DNA of 64,000 nucleotides, from the NCBI GenBank assembly GCA_965226055.1, contig CBDDCA010000006.1:448001-512000 (forward strand). The letters run 5' to 3'. Origin of the DNA: Spirochaetia bacterium. GTDB taxonomy: Bacteria; Spirochaetota; Spirochaetia; WTKD01; G963693115. Below the pieces are notes generated by a model. The model made no database searches, was not told where the DNA came from, and saw only the letters and a list, made by a program, of their open reading frames with translations. Made by a program: the position numbers and the translations under genes. Of this stretch, positions 9,504 to 20,038 are shown piece by piece. Position 1 is the stretch's first letter; every line of letters begins with the position of its first letter.

Positions 9504-10667
9504 TTACCATTCTGCAACACTCCCATCTAAGTTATGCCATATTGGATTACTCCATTCATGAGGAGTCTTACTTCGCTCTTCTATAAGCTCTTCATTCATT
9601 GTTACGCCTAAACCATGTCCTTCTGGTACTGCAACATATCCATTTTCTATTTTTAATACTTCTTTATTTTTTACATAATCTACTACTTCGGCTTTCCCTT
9701 CTGTATTATAATGAATGCCACCACTTTGCTCCTGTATTAGCATATTATACACTGCTGCATCTACATGTAATGCCGACATTAAAGCAATAGGGCCAAGTGG
9801 ACAATGCAGCGCTATCTGTACATCATACACATCGGCAAGAGTAGCAATACGTACACATTCACTAATACCACCCGCATGAGAAATATCTGGTTGCACAATA
9901 TTTACAAAACCTCTTTCAAGTAACTCTCTAAAATCATATTTTGTAAAAAGTCTTTCTCCCGTAGCAATAGGGATAGTACTTACAGGAACTATTTCAGGAA
10001 GCATATGTAAGTATTCTGGTAATATTGGTTCTTCTACAAAAAATGGATGATATACTTCCAATTCTTTTAGCAATATTTTCGCCATTGATTTATGAACTCT
10101 CCCATGAAAATCAATAGCTATATCAAAAGAAGTACCTACCGCAGTACGTACTGCATCCACTCGCTGCAATATAGTATCAATAGTACGAAAGGAATCTATA
10201 TACTCCAGCTTGCCACAGCCATTCATTTTTATTGCATTATGTCCATGTTTTTTTACTTCTAAAGCTTGTGCCGCTGTTTCTTCTGGACTATGGGGACTAT
10301 CTCCTCCTATCCATGAATATACCCGTATCTTCTTTCTACAAGGACCTCCCAATAGTGCATGTACTGGAGCTCCTACATATTTTCCCTTTATATCCCACAG
10401 AGCTTGATTGACTCCTGCAATGGCACTCATTAAAATAGCTCCTCCTCGATAAAAACTGCCTCGATACATTGTTTGCCAAATATGTTCTATTTCTAATGGG
10501 TTCATGCCTATTAATTGAGATTCATACTCCTGTAAAGCTGCTTGTACTGTTCTTGCTTTCCCTTCAATCACAGGTTCTCCCCATCCTATTATTCCTTCAT
10601 CTGTTTCTACTTTAAGAAACAACCATCGAGGAGGCACTAGATATGTTTGCAATTTTGTTATCTTCAT
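9504..10667 (-). CDS. dgoD: Galactonate dehydratase (enolase superfamily)
   Basis: VPPRWLFLKVETDEG, GWGEPVIEG, DFHGRVHK, LHCPLGP, QEQSGGIHYN, DGSVAEW. Confidence 0.9.
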   Translation of the reverse strand: MKITKLQTYLVPPRWLFLKVETDEGIIGWGEPVIEGKARTVQAALQEYESQLIGMNPLEIEHIWQTMYRGSFYRGGAILMSAIAGVNQALWDIKGKYVGAPVHALLGGPCRKKIRVYSWIGGDSPHSPEETAAQALEVKKHGHNAIKMNGCGKLEYIDSFRTIDTILQRVDAVRTAVGTSFDIAIDFHGRVHKSMAKILLKELEVYHPFFVEEPILPEYLHMLPEIVPVSTIPIATGERLFTKYDFRELLERGFVNIVQPDISHAGGISECVRIATLADVYDVQIALHCPLGPIALMSALHVDAAVYNMLIQEQSGGIHYNTEGKAEVVDYVKNKEVLKIENGYVAVPEGHGLGVTMNEELIEERSKTPHEWSNPIWHNLDGSVAEW

Positions 10668-10678
10668 ATTATGTAGAC

Positions 10679-12022
10679 TTAGTTTTGTAACAGTGAAGGC
10701 AGAAATAATGTAATAGCAGGAAAAAAGAGTATTAAGAGTAACACCATAATTTGCATAATAATATACGGAAGCACCGAAGCAAATATATCCATCAAAGTGA
10801 TTCCTTTTGGAGCAACACTATGTAAGTAAAATGCACCTGGACCAAACGGAGGAGAAAGAAATGATATTTGCATATTAACACAAAATAGTATCCCAAACCA
10901 TACAAGATCATAGCCCATTGCCTGCACTATTGGTACAAAAATAGGAATAGTAAGCATAGCAATGCCTATCCAATCCATAAACATACCAAGCAGAATCAAA
11001 ATGAACATCATAAAAATAATAATGGCAAGTGGAGGCCATCCAAGTCCAAACAGTAAATTTTCTATAAACTTACTGCCTCCAATCAGGTTATATGCTCCTA
11101 CAAGAATATACGCTCCTATCCCTATCCACATAATCATCCCACATGTTTGTAAAGTGGTATACAAAGATTCCTTTATCACCTTTACGTTCAACTCTCTTCT
11201 ATAAAGCGCAATAATCATTACTGCTACTACTCCTACACTGGCTGCTTCCGTTACCGAAGCTATCCCCATATAAATGCTACCAAGTAAACATACAGCAATA
11301 ATCCCTGGCAAGATAATATCTCGTATAGCCCGTCTTTTCTGACTAGAAGAAATAGGGTTTGCTCGTATCTCTTCTTTTGATACACTAGGTACTTCATCTG
11401 GATAGAGAAAACTATATATAACTATATATACTATGTATAATCCAGCAAGAATAAACGCAGGAATAAAAGCTGCACTAAACAATTTTCCTATAGATACAGA
11501 AGCAGTAAGACCATAAATAATAAGTACAATACTAGGAGGCACCATTGTCCCTAAAGCGCCACTTGAAACACAAGTACCAATAGCAAGTTTTTTATTGTAT
11601 CCTAAACGTAGCATTTGGGGTAATGCAAGCATCCCTAGCAATACTGTTTCTCCTCCAATAATACCAGAAATAGCAGCTAAAAAAACTCCTATGATAACAG
11701 TTTGTATAGCCACGCCCCCCTTTAAGCTTCTTGTAAAGAGCCACATTGCATTATATAAATCCTTTGCTATGCCTGTTTTATCCAATAAAGTAGCCATAAA
11801 GACAAACATAGGAACTGCCAGTAAAGAATATGTATTCATAAAACCATATACACGGTTTGCTATCAATGACAGTGTATCAAAAGAGAACCACCCTATTGTC
11901 AAAACAATAGAGATTATCCCTGTAAGAAACGCTAGAGGTACCCTACTGGACAAAAGAATCAACATTGCTCCAAACACAAGTAATGTTACAGGAGCTATCC
12001 CTAATGTACTCAATCCTAGCAT
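10679..12022 (-). CDS. TRAP transporter large permease (DctM)
   Basis: About 12 TM segments; LLAVPMFVFM, LGTMVPPSI, SFLSPPFG. Confidence 0.92.
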   Translation of the reverse strand: MLGLSTLGIAPVTLLVFGAMLILLSSRVPLAFLTGIISIVLTIGWFSFDTLSLIANRVYGFMNTYSLLAVPMFVFMATLLDKTGIAKDLYNAMWLFTRSLKGGVAIQTVIIGVFLAAISGIIGGETVLLGMLALPQMLRLGYNKKLAIGTCVSSGALGTMVPPSIVLIIYGLTASVSIGKLFSAAFIPAFILAGLYIVYIVIYSFLYPDEVPSVSKEEIRANPISSSQKRRAIRDIILPGIIAVCLLGSIYMGIASVTEAASVGVVAVMIIALYRRELNVKVIKESLYTTLQTCGMIMWIGIGAYILVGAYNLIGGSKFIENLLFGLGWPPLAIIIFMMFILILLGMFMDWIGIAMLTIPIFVPIVQAMGYDLVWFGILFCVNMQISFLSPPFGPGAFYLHSVAPKGITLMDIFASVLPYIIMQIMVLLLILFFPAITLFLPSLLQN

Positions 12023-12026
12023 GATA

Positions 12027-12563
12027 TTATTTTTCCATTGCTTGTGAACGAGAAGAAGTACATTCTTTTATTTTTGTTATCACATGAGCAGTTATCAGCA
12101 CTATGAAAAGCAGAAGAAAAATACTCATAGAAAATTTTATGATACTAGGAAACACAGAATTCCATGAAGATCCTGATCGCTCTAATCGTATATCTCCAGC
12201 AGGAGAAAAGAATGCAGATTTTGTTATAATAACAGTTGATACCCATAATAAAATGACATAAAACAATGCAATCACATCAGCTAACAATGAAAAGATATAC
12301 TGAACTTTCTTTGGAAATAAATCCACTATTACTGATACCGAGATATGCTTATCTTTTGCATATGCATACACTCCTCCATATAACATTACTATTGCAGCCA
12401 AAGATAATGTTGTTTCATGTACCCAGATAGTAGGACGATTAAAAACATATCTCATAAATACTTCATACACAGACAATAGTACAATAACAAGATATACCCA
12501 CGATAATCCTTTTCCAATTAAAATAACAAAAGCATTGATACGTTCTTTTAACGTATATTTCAT
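12027..12563 (-). CDS. TRAP transporter small permease (DctQ)
   Basis: EVFMRYVFNRPTIWVHE, HISV; four TM segments. Confidence 0.9.
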   Translation of the reverse strand: MKYTLKERINAFVILIGKGLSWVYLVIVLLSVYEVFMRYVFNRPTIWVHETTLSLAAIVMLYGGVYAYAKDKHISVSVIVDLFPKKVQYIFSLLADVIALFYVILLWVSTVIITKSAFFSPAGDIRLERSGSSWNSVFPSIIKFSMSIFLLLFIVLITAHVITKIKECTSSRSQAMEK

Positions 12564-13627
12564 TTACGTATCATTCCTTGATTTTGTAAATACTCCACAA
12601 CAGTATCATAGTATTTTTTTGCCATAGGAGATTGGGCTGCAGCTTTCACCCATAATTGGGCTGCAACTTCACGCACTTTTTGAATTTCTTCGGCACTCCA
12701 AGATACAATGGTACTATTTTTTTCTTTTGCTTCTCTGACTGCAGATTTATCTGCATCTTGATGTATAAGTAAAAAATTCTCGCTATAGTATGCTCCAGCA
12801 GCTTTTAAGATTGCTTTTAAGTCATCAGGAAGTGAATCAAATATTTTTTTGTTCATAGTAAGCTGGTTTGCAGGAGTAGAATGCCATCCCGGATATATTG
12901 GATACTTTCCAATATCATTCATGCCTTGAGCTTGGTTTCTTGCAAATATACTGTAATCAGAGGCATCTATCACTCCCTTTTCTAAAGAGGTATATACTTC
13001 TGATCCCGGAAGATTTACTGGCGAAGCACCGAGGCTACGGAACAAATCCTGTACTAACCCTTCTGGAGCTCTTAATTTTACTCCCTGTAAATCACTGATA
13101 TTTTTTATAGGTTTCTTAGATACAAATGCTTCTGTACCTACTGTGCTGACACTTAATAACTCCACTCCATAACTATTGAGCAATTCATTATAAATCTTAA
13201 ATCCTCCCCCATAATATATAAACCGAATAAAATCCCATGGACTACTCCATGCTCCTATTAAATTTCCTATAAGAGAAAAAGCAGCGTCTTTTCCACTAAA
13301 ATAAGAGGGATCAGTAATATCTCCCTGTATAATATTAGCTCCTACTGCCTCTAACGTTTGATTATGTTCTACGACCGAACCTGCTCCTGTAACTTGAATT
13401 TTTATTCTTCCATTTGACGCTTGGTATACTAAATCTGCCCATGCTTCTTGTGCCTTAAATGCAATTTCTCCTGCCTGATCAGATGACTGGAATACCCACT
13501 CATACTGTGGTGTATCCATTTGTTTTTTTGATGACTGATCTTCGTTCTTACTTGTATTACTACAAGACAATATCACACTGCTATACAAAAACAGTACCAT
13601 TATTACAATACTATACTTTTTTTTCAT
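12560..13627 (-). CDS. TRAP substrate-binding lipoprotein (DctP)
   Basis: LSC lipobox, DLQGVKLRAP, GSEVYTSLEKGVIDA. Confidence 0.9.
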   Translation of the reverse strand: MKKKYSIVIMVLFLYSSVILSCSNTSKNEDQSSKKQMDTPQYEWVFQSSDQAGEIAFKAQEAWADLVYQASNGRIKIQVTGAGSVVEHNQTLEAVGANIIQGDITDPSYFSGKDAAFSLIGNLIGAWSSPWDFIRFIYYGGGFKIYNELLNSYGVELLSVSTVGTEAFVSKKPIKNISDLQGVKLRAPEGLVQDLFRSLGASPVNLPGSEVYTSLEKGVIDASDYSIFARNQAQGMNDIGKYPIYPGWHSTPANQLTMNKKIFDSLPDDLKAILKAAGAYYSENFLLIHQDADKSAVREAKEKNSTIVSWSAEEIQKVREVAAQLWVKAAAQSPMAKKYYDTVVEYLQNQGMIRK

Positions 13628-13677
13628 TGTAAAGCCTCCTCATTAATAATTTTAGTATATTGAAATATTTTTTACTT

Positions 13678-15648
13678 TTATAGTAACGACATTACTTTTT
13701 TCGCTACACTCTTTCCTTCTAAACCAAAATATACTTTCACTTCATTGGCAGGGCCACACACTCCAAACCCTTCTATCCCGATATGCCCTATCGGACGCAA
13801 AGAATCCCATCCCATAGGAGTAGCGGCTTCACATATAACCACTTGAGAATTTTTTGGAATAATACCTTCTTTCCATTGTTTATCTTGCTCATCATACAGT
13901 TCTTTACACAGCATTGAAACAACCTGTGCTTTTTTTCCTTGTACTAAAAGCTCTTTTGCTGCATCAAGAGCAACAGATACTTCACTTCCTGTAGCAACAA
14001 AAGTAACATCAGCTTTTTTCTGTGCTTGAATAACATACGCTCCTTTCATTGCATCTTTCTCCCATCCTTTTGGTTTTTGAAACACTTCTAAATTCTGACG
14101 TGTAAATAATAAGGCATTTGGATCTTTTTTCTTTGTAAGAGCAATTTTCCAAGCAATCACCGATTCTTGAGCATCTGCAGGACGAAATACTCTTAGATGT
14201 GGAATAAGACGTAACGATGGAGCATGCTCTACTGGTTGATGTGTTGGACCATCTTCTCCTACAAAAATTGAATCATGCGTAAACACAAATATTGAAGGAA
14301 TACGCATAATAGCAGCAAGTCGCAATGCTGGTCGCATATAATCAGCAAACACTAAAAAGGTAGCCCCAAATGCACGTAAGCCTCCATGTAAGGTAATACC
14401 ATTTACTATGGCTCCCATAGCATGTTCTCGTACTCCATAATGTAACATACGTCCCTGTGGACTTGAAGCAAAAAAGCTCTGCTTTGATGGCATCTTAGTG
14501 TTGTTTGAAGGCTCTAAATCAGCAGAACCTCCTGTAAAAAAATCTACCGTCTCTGATATTGCTTGTATACATGCTCCATTTGCTTTACGAGTTGCTAATA
14601 CATCTCCTTCTTTGTATTTCGGCCATTTAATCGATCCTGTTTTCGATTGCATAAAAGAGTCCCATTCTTTCCCAAGATCAGGATCTTCTTTTTTCAATGA
14701 ATCTATCATTTCGTTCCATTCATTTTCTTTGTTAGCTCTTCGTTCTAATTGAGAAGCAAAATAGTTTGTTGCTTCAGGATGAATATAAAATTTTACTTTT
14801 GGATCTACGCCCATTTTTTCTTTCATACGCTCAATTTCATCTGCAGCAAGGGGAGCACCATGTACTTTTGCTGTTCCTTGAGATTCAGGAGCTCCTTTCC
14901 CAATAATTGATTTACATATAATCACAGTTGGATGAGTGGTATCTTGCTTTGCTTCTGCTATAGATCTGCGCAAGCTATCGTAATCATGTGCATTTGAATT
15001 AAGCACTTGCCATTTATATGCCTTAAACCGTGCCGCAACATTTTCAGTAAACGCAAGATCAGTAGAGCCTTCAATACTTATACTGTTCGAATCATAAAAT
15101 ACGATAAGTTTTCCTAACTCTAAATGTCCTGCAAGCGACGCTGCCTCTGACGTAATACCTTCCATCATACAACCATCTCCTGCTACTGCATAGGTATAAT
15201 GATCCACAACTTTTGCACTTTTATTAAATTTATCTGCAAGCATACGCTCAGCTATTGCCATACCTACGCTGTTTGCAAACCCTGCTCCTAAAGGACCTGT
15301 AGTTGTTTCTATTCCTACAGTATGTCCGTACTCAGGATGCCCTGGTGTTTTAGAACCAAGCTGCCTAAACTTTTTTAACTGAGCTAAAGAGAGTGCATAT
15401 CCACTAAGATGAAGTAAGCTGTACTGCCACATAGACCCGTGTCCAGCGGAAAGCACTAACCGATCTCTATCTTCCCACTTAGGATTTTTTGGATTGTATT
15501 TCATCACCTCAGCAAAAAGTAATGCTCCTAACTCTGCTAAACCAAGCGGCAATCCCGGATGCCCTGAGTTTGCTTCTCTTGTTGCGTCTGCAGACAACAT
15601 ACGTACAGACATTGCTATTGCATCTAATACTTCATTACTCGTATTCAT
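13678..15648 (-). CDS. tkt: Transketolase
   Basis: SGHPG, LSAGHGS, TTGPLG, GDGCMMEG, GVREHAM, THDSIFVGEDGPTHQ. Confidence 0.97.
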   Translation of the reverse strand: MNTSNEVLDAIAMSVRMLSADATREANSGHPGLPLGLAELGALLFAEVMKYNPKNPKWEDRDRLVLSAGHGSMWQYSLLHLSGYALSLAQLKKFRQLGSKTPGHPEYGHTVGIETTTGPLGAGFANSVGMAIAERMLADKFNKSAKVVDHYTYAVAGDGCMMEGITSEAASLAGHLELGKLIVFYDSNSISIEGSTDLAFTENVAARFKAYKWQVLNSNAHDYDSLRRSIAEAKQDTTHPTVIICKSIIGKGAPESQGTAKVHGAPLAADEIERMKEKMGVDPKVKFYIHPEATNYFASQLERRANKENEWNEMIDSLKKEDPDLGKEWDSFMQSKTGSIKWPKYKEGDVLATRKANGACIQAISETVDFFTGGSADLEPSNNTKMPSKQSFFASSPQGRMLHYGVREHAMGAIVNGITLHGGLRAFGATFLVFADYMRPALRLAAIMRIPSIFVFTHDSIFVGEDGPTHQPVEHAPSLRLIPHLRVFRPADAQESVIAWKIALTKKKDPNALLFTRQNLEVFQKPKGWEKDAMKGAYVIQAQKKADVTFVATGSEVSVALDAAKELLVQGKKAQVVSMLCKELYDEQDKQWKEGIIPKNSQVVICEAATPMGWDSLRPIGHIGIEGFGVCGPANEVKVYFGLEGKSVAKKVMSLL

Positions 15649-15774
15649 ATTTCCTCCTCATATTTCAAAAAATAATGCCACTGACTTTTGTTTTATTGCA
15701 ACATAATCAGTGTGATGTATGATGTATTCTATATTATAGTATACACTAATATACGATATTACTCATATATAAAA

Positions 15775-16815
15775 TTATATTACCCCTAATATACTTTCTT
15801 CCACTTTTTTAATTTGCGCTCTATATAGCTGTAAAATATTTGTTCCATAATTGGCAATAAGCTGAATCATATTTCGTTGATTTGTACTTGTATCAACACC
15901 ATTTATTCTATCACCAGCATCTCCCAAACCAGGAAGAATATATGCCTTATCATTCATTGCTGGATCAACCCATAATGTGTATATATCTATATTGCTTTGG
16001 TATTGAAACACCTGTAAGGCTCCCTGTAAAGAAGTGATAATATGCAATAGTTTGACCGAACGAGGAGTGATATTATGTTGCTCAAAATATTTTAAGATAG
16101 TAAGAATACTTCCCCCTGTCGCATTCATAGGATCGGCAATAATCAAATCTTTGTCTTGTAAACTTGCTACATCAAAAAACGACTGCTTATCATTGAGTGC
16201 GTACTTGAGCGGCTGATCTTTATGCTCTACACGAGATATACGAAACAAAGCATAATCTGGCACATAGCCTTCTGATGAATATTCTTGAATTTCCTTTCCA
16301 ATAATAAGCGAGGGTAGCAAAGCTCCACGCAATAACACACACATGGTAGTATTATGGAGAGGTTTATCAAAGTTTGGAATTTTATGAACTGCATAATTTT
16401 GTATAGGATCGTTTACTGGAGTACTTATCACAAAGTTATTTTTTTGTTGCTTTATATTTTCGGCAAAGGCAAAAGAAAATAAAAATTCAAAAGCACGTTG
16501 CGTATAATACATAAACTCACTATTTTGTGTACGCATATCTCGTAACTTTGCCACCACTCGTGAAATAGGACCATGATTTTGCAATGGCTGATCAAAACTA
16601 TATACATGAATACGTTGTTTGTTTACAAGAAATTCTTGTAAACGATGCCCTATGCTATTGTAACTGGAAATTAAAAATGTCTTTCTTTCACTTTCATCTT
16701 TTATAGACTCTGCTTCTTGCAACATATGTACATATAAATCTTCAATTTCTTGCACTATTTTTTGATCATCATTGTGCAGTTTTTTTATGACTTCATGAGC
16801 ATTACATAAAAACAT
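15775..16815 (-). CDS. upp: Uracil phosphoribosyltransferase, long form
   Basis: IIADPMNATGGS PRPP loop and YILPGLGDAGDR. Confidence 0.85.
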   Translation of the reverse strand: MFLCNAHEVIKKLHNDDQKIVQEIEDLYVHMLQEAESIKDESERKTFLISSYNSIGHRLQEFLVNKQRIHVYSFDQPLQNHGPISRVVAKLRDMRTQNSEFMYYTQRAFEFLFSFAFAENIKQQKNNFVISTPVNDPIQNYAVHKIPNFDKPLHNTTMCVLLRGALLPSLIIGKEIQEYSSEGYVPDYALFRISRVEHKDQPLKYALNDKQSFFDVASLQDKDLIIADPMNATGGSILTILKYFEQHNITPRSVKLLHIITSLQGALQVFQYQSNIDIYTLWVDPAMNDKAYILPGLGDAGDRINGVDTSTNQRNMIQLIANYGTNILQLYRAQIKKVEESILGVI

Positions 16816-16835
16816 AGCTACTTCTCCCCATATAT

Positions 16836-17276
16836 TTACTCTTTCTTATATAATCGATTCTTAAAAAGCAAGGCTTCAGGCAGTGATCGACAGAACATAA
16901 TATCATGTGCGTATAACCACAGTGTAGCTCCCTCATGATATACCTTGTACCATATAAATCCAATAGTTTCTTTACTTTGTTGTATTTCAGTATCATGTTC
17001 TATTACAGAAAGAATATCTCCTCTGCGAAATACCGCTTTCACACTTTTACTACTATCACGACTTGCAAAAGCACGTGCATATGTGTCTTTCACAAGAATA
17101 TGAGTATACTGTGTGTCAAACAACGAGGGAGAAATAAGATCAATAGATCGTGATTCTTGCTGTTGCATACAAGATAAAAATGCCATACTTATGAATGAGA
17201 GAAAGACAAAAGAAGCACTATAATACCGTATAAGAAAAAAAAATTGATATTGAGAATGCAGTGTCTTTATACTCAC
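16836..17276 (-). CDS. Hypothetical lipoprotein with SH3-like domain
   Basis: FLSC lipobox; RRGDILSV..WYKV..LWL resembles bacterial SH3. Confidence 0.55.
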   Translation of the reverse strand: MSIKTLHSQYQFFFLIRYYSASFVFLSFISMAFLSCMQQQESRSIDLISPSLFDTQYTHILVKDTYARAFASRDSSKSVKAVFRRGDILSVIEHDTEIQQSKETIGFIWYKVYHEGATLWLYAHDIMFCRSLPEALLFKNRLYKKE

Positions 17277-17332
17277 TCTGTATAGTATAGCATGTTATGA
17301 GAGAAAGGGAGGGCTACTACAGTAATGCACTA

Positions 17333-18805
17333 CTATATCTGTAATGTCTTGCCTTCTTGTATATGCTGAAATAATGCCTCTTTTGAAGCAAAAGGGAGTT
17401 CAATATTATACGCTTTTGCAATATGGGTAAGTCCTGATGATATGCTCTGCCCTGTTTCCAGTGCATGAGAAATTTCTTCAAACCCTGTGCGAATAGCCTT
17501 TTCTTTTTCCTTAAAGAAAGCATTGAATACCGTGAGCATTTCTTCTCTGTATTTTATTTCTTCTGCTTTTATTGCTGCACATATTGCTTCAATTCTTTTA
17601 CGTCTTTCTCTTGCAATATCCCGTGATTGTAATGCTTGTGTAAGCTGTCCATACCATGATGCAGATATCATAGAAGCAACAGTGCCTCCAATAAATCCTC
17701 CTACTATTGATCCTACAACAGGAATGGGAATAATTACAGTCCCAATAGCAGCACCAACAGTGCTTCCACACAATGTAGTTGCTAAAATATGCCCTTGTTT
17801 CCCAATATTTTTTACAAATTGTTCAGGGGTAATTTTTCCTGTTATGAGGCTAAATGTTTCTTTTGTGAGTATAAGCCCGCATTCAACAAGTACTATTGGT
17901 TTTTTTGCAAGCGATTTTAAGATATTATTATGGGATGATTTAAGCATTCCACCAACTACCGAAGCACCGCTTGCTTTTCCATAGGATGTAGCAGTAGAAA
18001 TTAGTGTATCTTTACCAGTATCGAAAAGAGCCTCATCTATATCTTTTGTGCCATCTCCCAGTGCTTTTATATTTCTAACAGCACTCACTGCCCCTCCTAT
18101 CATCGCCCCTCCCTTTGCTCCTTCCATTCCTGCTCTATGTGCTACTGATACTGTATCTCCTATAGTACTGAGGATAGGATGTTCTCTTGCAAACATAGCA
18201 TCATCAGTGGATGTCTTTGAATCAACAAGACGTGAATCTACATCTTTTATTTTTTGTATTTTATTTTTAATGCTCTGTATTTTATCTGGATTTTTTATTT
18301 TTTGAGATTCTATTTGTTGCTCAAGTTTACTTATTTGTTCTCTATTATCTTGACGAATTGCATCATATTGATCTTTTGGAACTTTAATATCTGTACCTTT
18401 ATACTTATCATAATTCTCATCATTATATAACTTACGATAATTTTTTTCTGTAAAAAAGTTTTTTTGTTGATATTTTTGTCCTGTAGTGCTAATAATATCT
18501 GCTTCGGGATTGTTATCATTGGTACGATGTATTCTTTCTGACTTTCCACCAATACTATTCTCTGCATTAACACGAGCTACTTCCTTTACCTCTGCAGAGA
18601 AACCAGCCTGTTGCTGTTTGTTTATTCTCTCATAATCAGGGTGTACTTTTGATTTGCTTATTTTTGCTAAGTCTGTATAGGACTGTATATGCTCTGCACT
18701 TGCCTCTGCAAATCGCTCCATTGTATGAGAAAGAGCAATATCAATCTCTCTGTTAAAGTTTCGTTCATGCTCTTTTTGTTTTTTCTTATCCAGTTGATAC
18801 GTCAT
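17333..18805 (-). CDS. Uncharacterised coiled-coil/glycine-zipper membrane protein with possible N-terminal PD-(D/E)xK-like (D..QxK) domain
   Basis: 490-aa ORF; GFSAE...NPEADII...YQQK; Gly-rich hydrophobic helices GAKGGAMIGGAVS and VGAAIGTVIIPIPVVGSIVGGFIGG; helical C-terminus. Confidence 0.7.
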   Translation of the reverse strand: MTYQLDKKKQKEHERNFNREIDIALSHTMERFAEASAEHIQSYTDLAKISKSKVHPDYERINKQQQAGFSAEVKEVARVNAENSIGGKSERIHRTNDNNPEADIISTTGQKYQQKNFFTEKNYRKLYNDENYDKYKGTDIKVPKDQYDAIRQDNREQISKLEQQIESQKIKNPDKIQSIKNKIQKIKDVDSRLVDSKTSTDDAMFAREHPILSTIGDTVSVAHRAGMEGAKGGAMIGGAVSAVRNIKALGDGTKDIDEALFDTGKDTLISTATSYGKASGASVVGGMLKSSHNNILKSLAKKPIVLVECGLILTKETFSLITGKITPEQFVKNIGKQGHILATTLCGSTVGAAIGTVIIPIPVVGSIVGGFIGGTVASMISASWYGQLTQALQSRDIARERRKRIEAICAAIKAEEIKYREEMLTVFNAFFKEKEKAIRTGFEEISHALETGQSISSGLTHIAKAYNIELPFASKEALFQHIQEGKTLQI

Positions 18806-18872
18806 AAAAATTTTTAATTTTTTATGATATAGATAGATATATTATATCTACTCTATATCATACATCCTGTCC

Positions 18873-19970
18873 TTATATTTTTGCTCCTGTCCATTTGCCT
18901 AATAAATCATGGATTTGAGATGCTCTCTCTTTCTCACTCATTTCATACTTACTATGATCAATCATCATCTTATGAATAAAATCATTATTCTTCTCTAGTA
19001 TTTCTGGCAACTGATATACAGGCTTTCCTTCTTCATCCATCAGCGGAGTATCTATAATCTTACGAAGCAACAAAGCACTATTTACTGTGTCAGTTATTAC
19101 CTTTAGTTCTTCATTTTCTAGCTCTAGTGTTTGAGGAGCACTTTCTACTTTATCAGCAATACGAGACATTTTTTTATTTTGCATATCAACAATAGCACTT
19201 ATATTCCTTATCACACTCATTGCCAACACCGAAAGTTTACTCATCATATCAAGCTGTTGTATAAGCGTCTTAACTTTTTCCACTATAGCATCAACTTTTT
19301 CTCTAAAACTTCGTGCTTCCTCCAACTTCTCTTCAGATTTTGCTTTTGCCATCCATGAGGTAAATATTGCTACAGGAGCGAGTGCTATGCCTCCCAATAC
19401 TACCATTCCTCCAATCACTCCAGCTCCTCCCGCTGCTATAGCCCCACCCCCCAACCACGCAAGTGTAGCATTCGTTGCGGCTGCTCCTGAGAGTGTCCCT
19501 ATCGCTGTACCAGTAGATGCCACCCCAATAATACCTGTTATTCCATATGCTCCCCCTGCAAGCGCTGCCCCTCCTAATGCTCCTCCTACCGCTGAAGTCA
19601 ATACATCTTCAGCTTGTATGGCCACTTGCTTTATTTCCTGCATATCCGTCTTAAATGTATCTTCATCGTATCCATCAACCTGCTTAAATAAGCTCCTATC
19701 CACTGCACCAATTTTTTCATAAATAGCACAAAAATTCTTTAATGAACTGGCATATGCAGTAAATTTTTCACGCCCAAGCTGTACTAAATGCTCATTCATT
19801 TCTTTCCTTTTTCTCTCTAAATCCTCTCTTGCTCTTTTGTCACGTTCTTTAGCATCAGCACATATACTATTTGCAATATCACTATTTTCCTTTGCTTCCA
19901 GACCATTTTTTGCAGTTGCAAATAGCCCTATTGCTGCAGCTCCTGCCCATATAAGTATTGGTATTGGCAT
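18873..19970 (-). CDS. Uncharacterised glycine-zipper membrane protein flanked by coiled coils
   Basis: 365 aa; RBS AGGAG; hydrophobic N-terminus; ~80-aa Gly/Ala hydrophobic core with LSGAAATNATLAWLGGG. Confidence 0.8.
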   Translation of the reverse strand: MPIPILIWAGAAAIGLFATAKNGLEAKENSDIANSICADAKERDKRAREDLERKRKEMNEHLVQLGREKFTAYASSLKNFCAIYEKIGAVDRSLFKQVDGYDEDTFKTDMQEIKQVAIQAEDVLTSAVGGALGGAALAGGAYGITGIIGVASTGTAIGTLSGAAATNATLAWLGGGAIAAGGAGVIGGMVVLGGIALAPVAIFTSWMAKAKSEEKLEEARSFREKVDAIVEKVKTLIQQLDMMSKLSVLAMSVIRNISAIVDMQNKKMSRIADKVESAPQTLELENEELKVITDTVNSALLLRKIIDTPLMDEEGKPVYQLPEILEKNNDFIHKMMIDHSKYEMSEKERASQIHDLLGKWTGAKI

Positions 19971-20038
19971 AATATCTCCTTTATTATGTAGTTTTATGTT
20001 TCTATACAGATAACAAAAACACTCTATTTTTCTGTATC

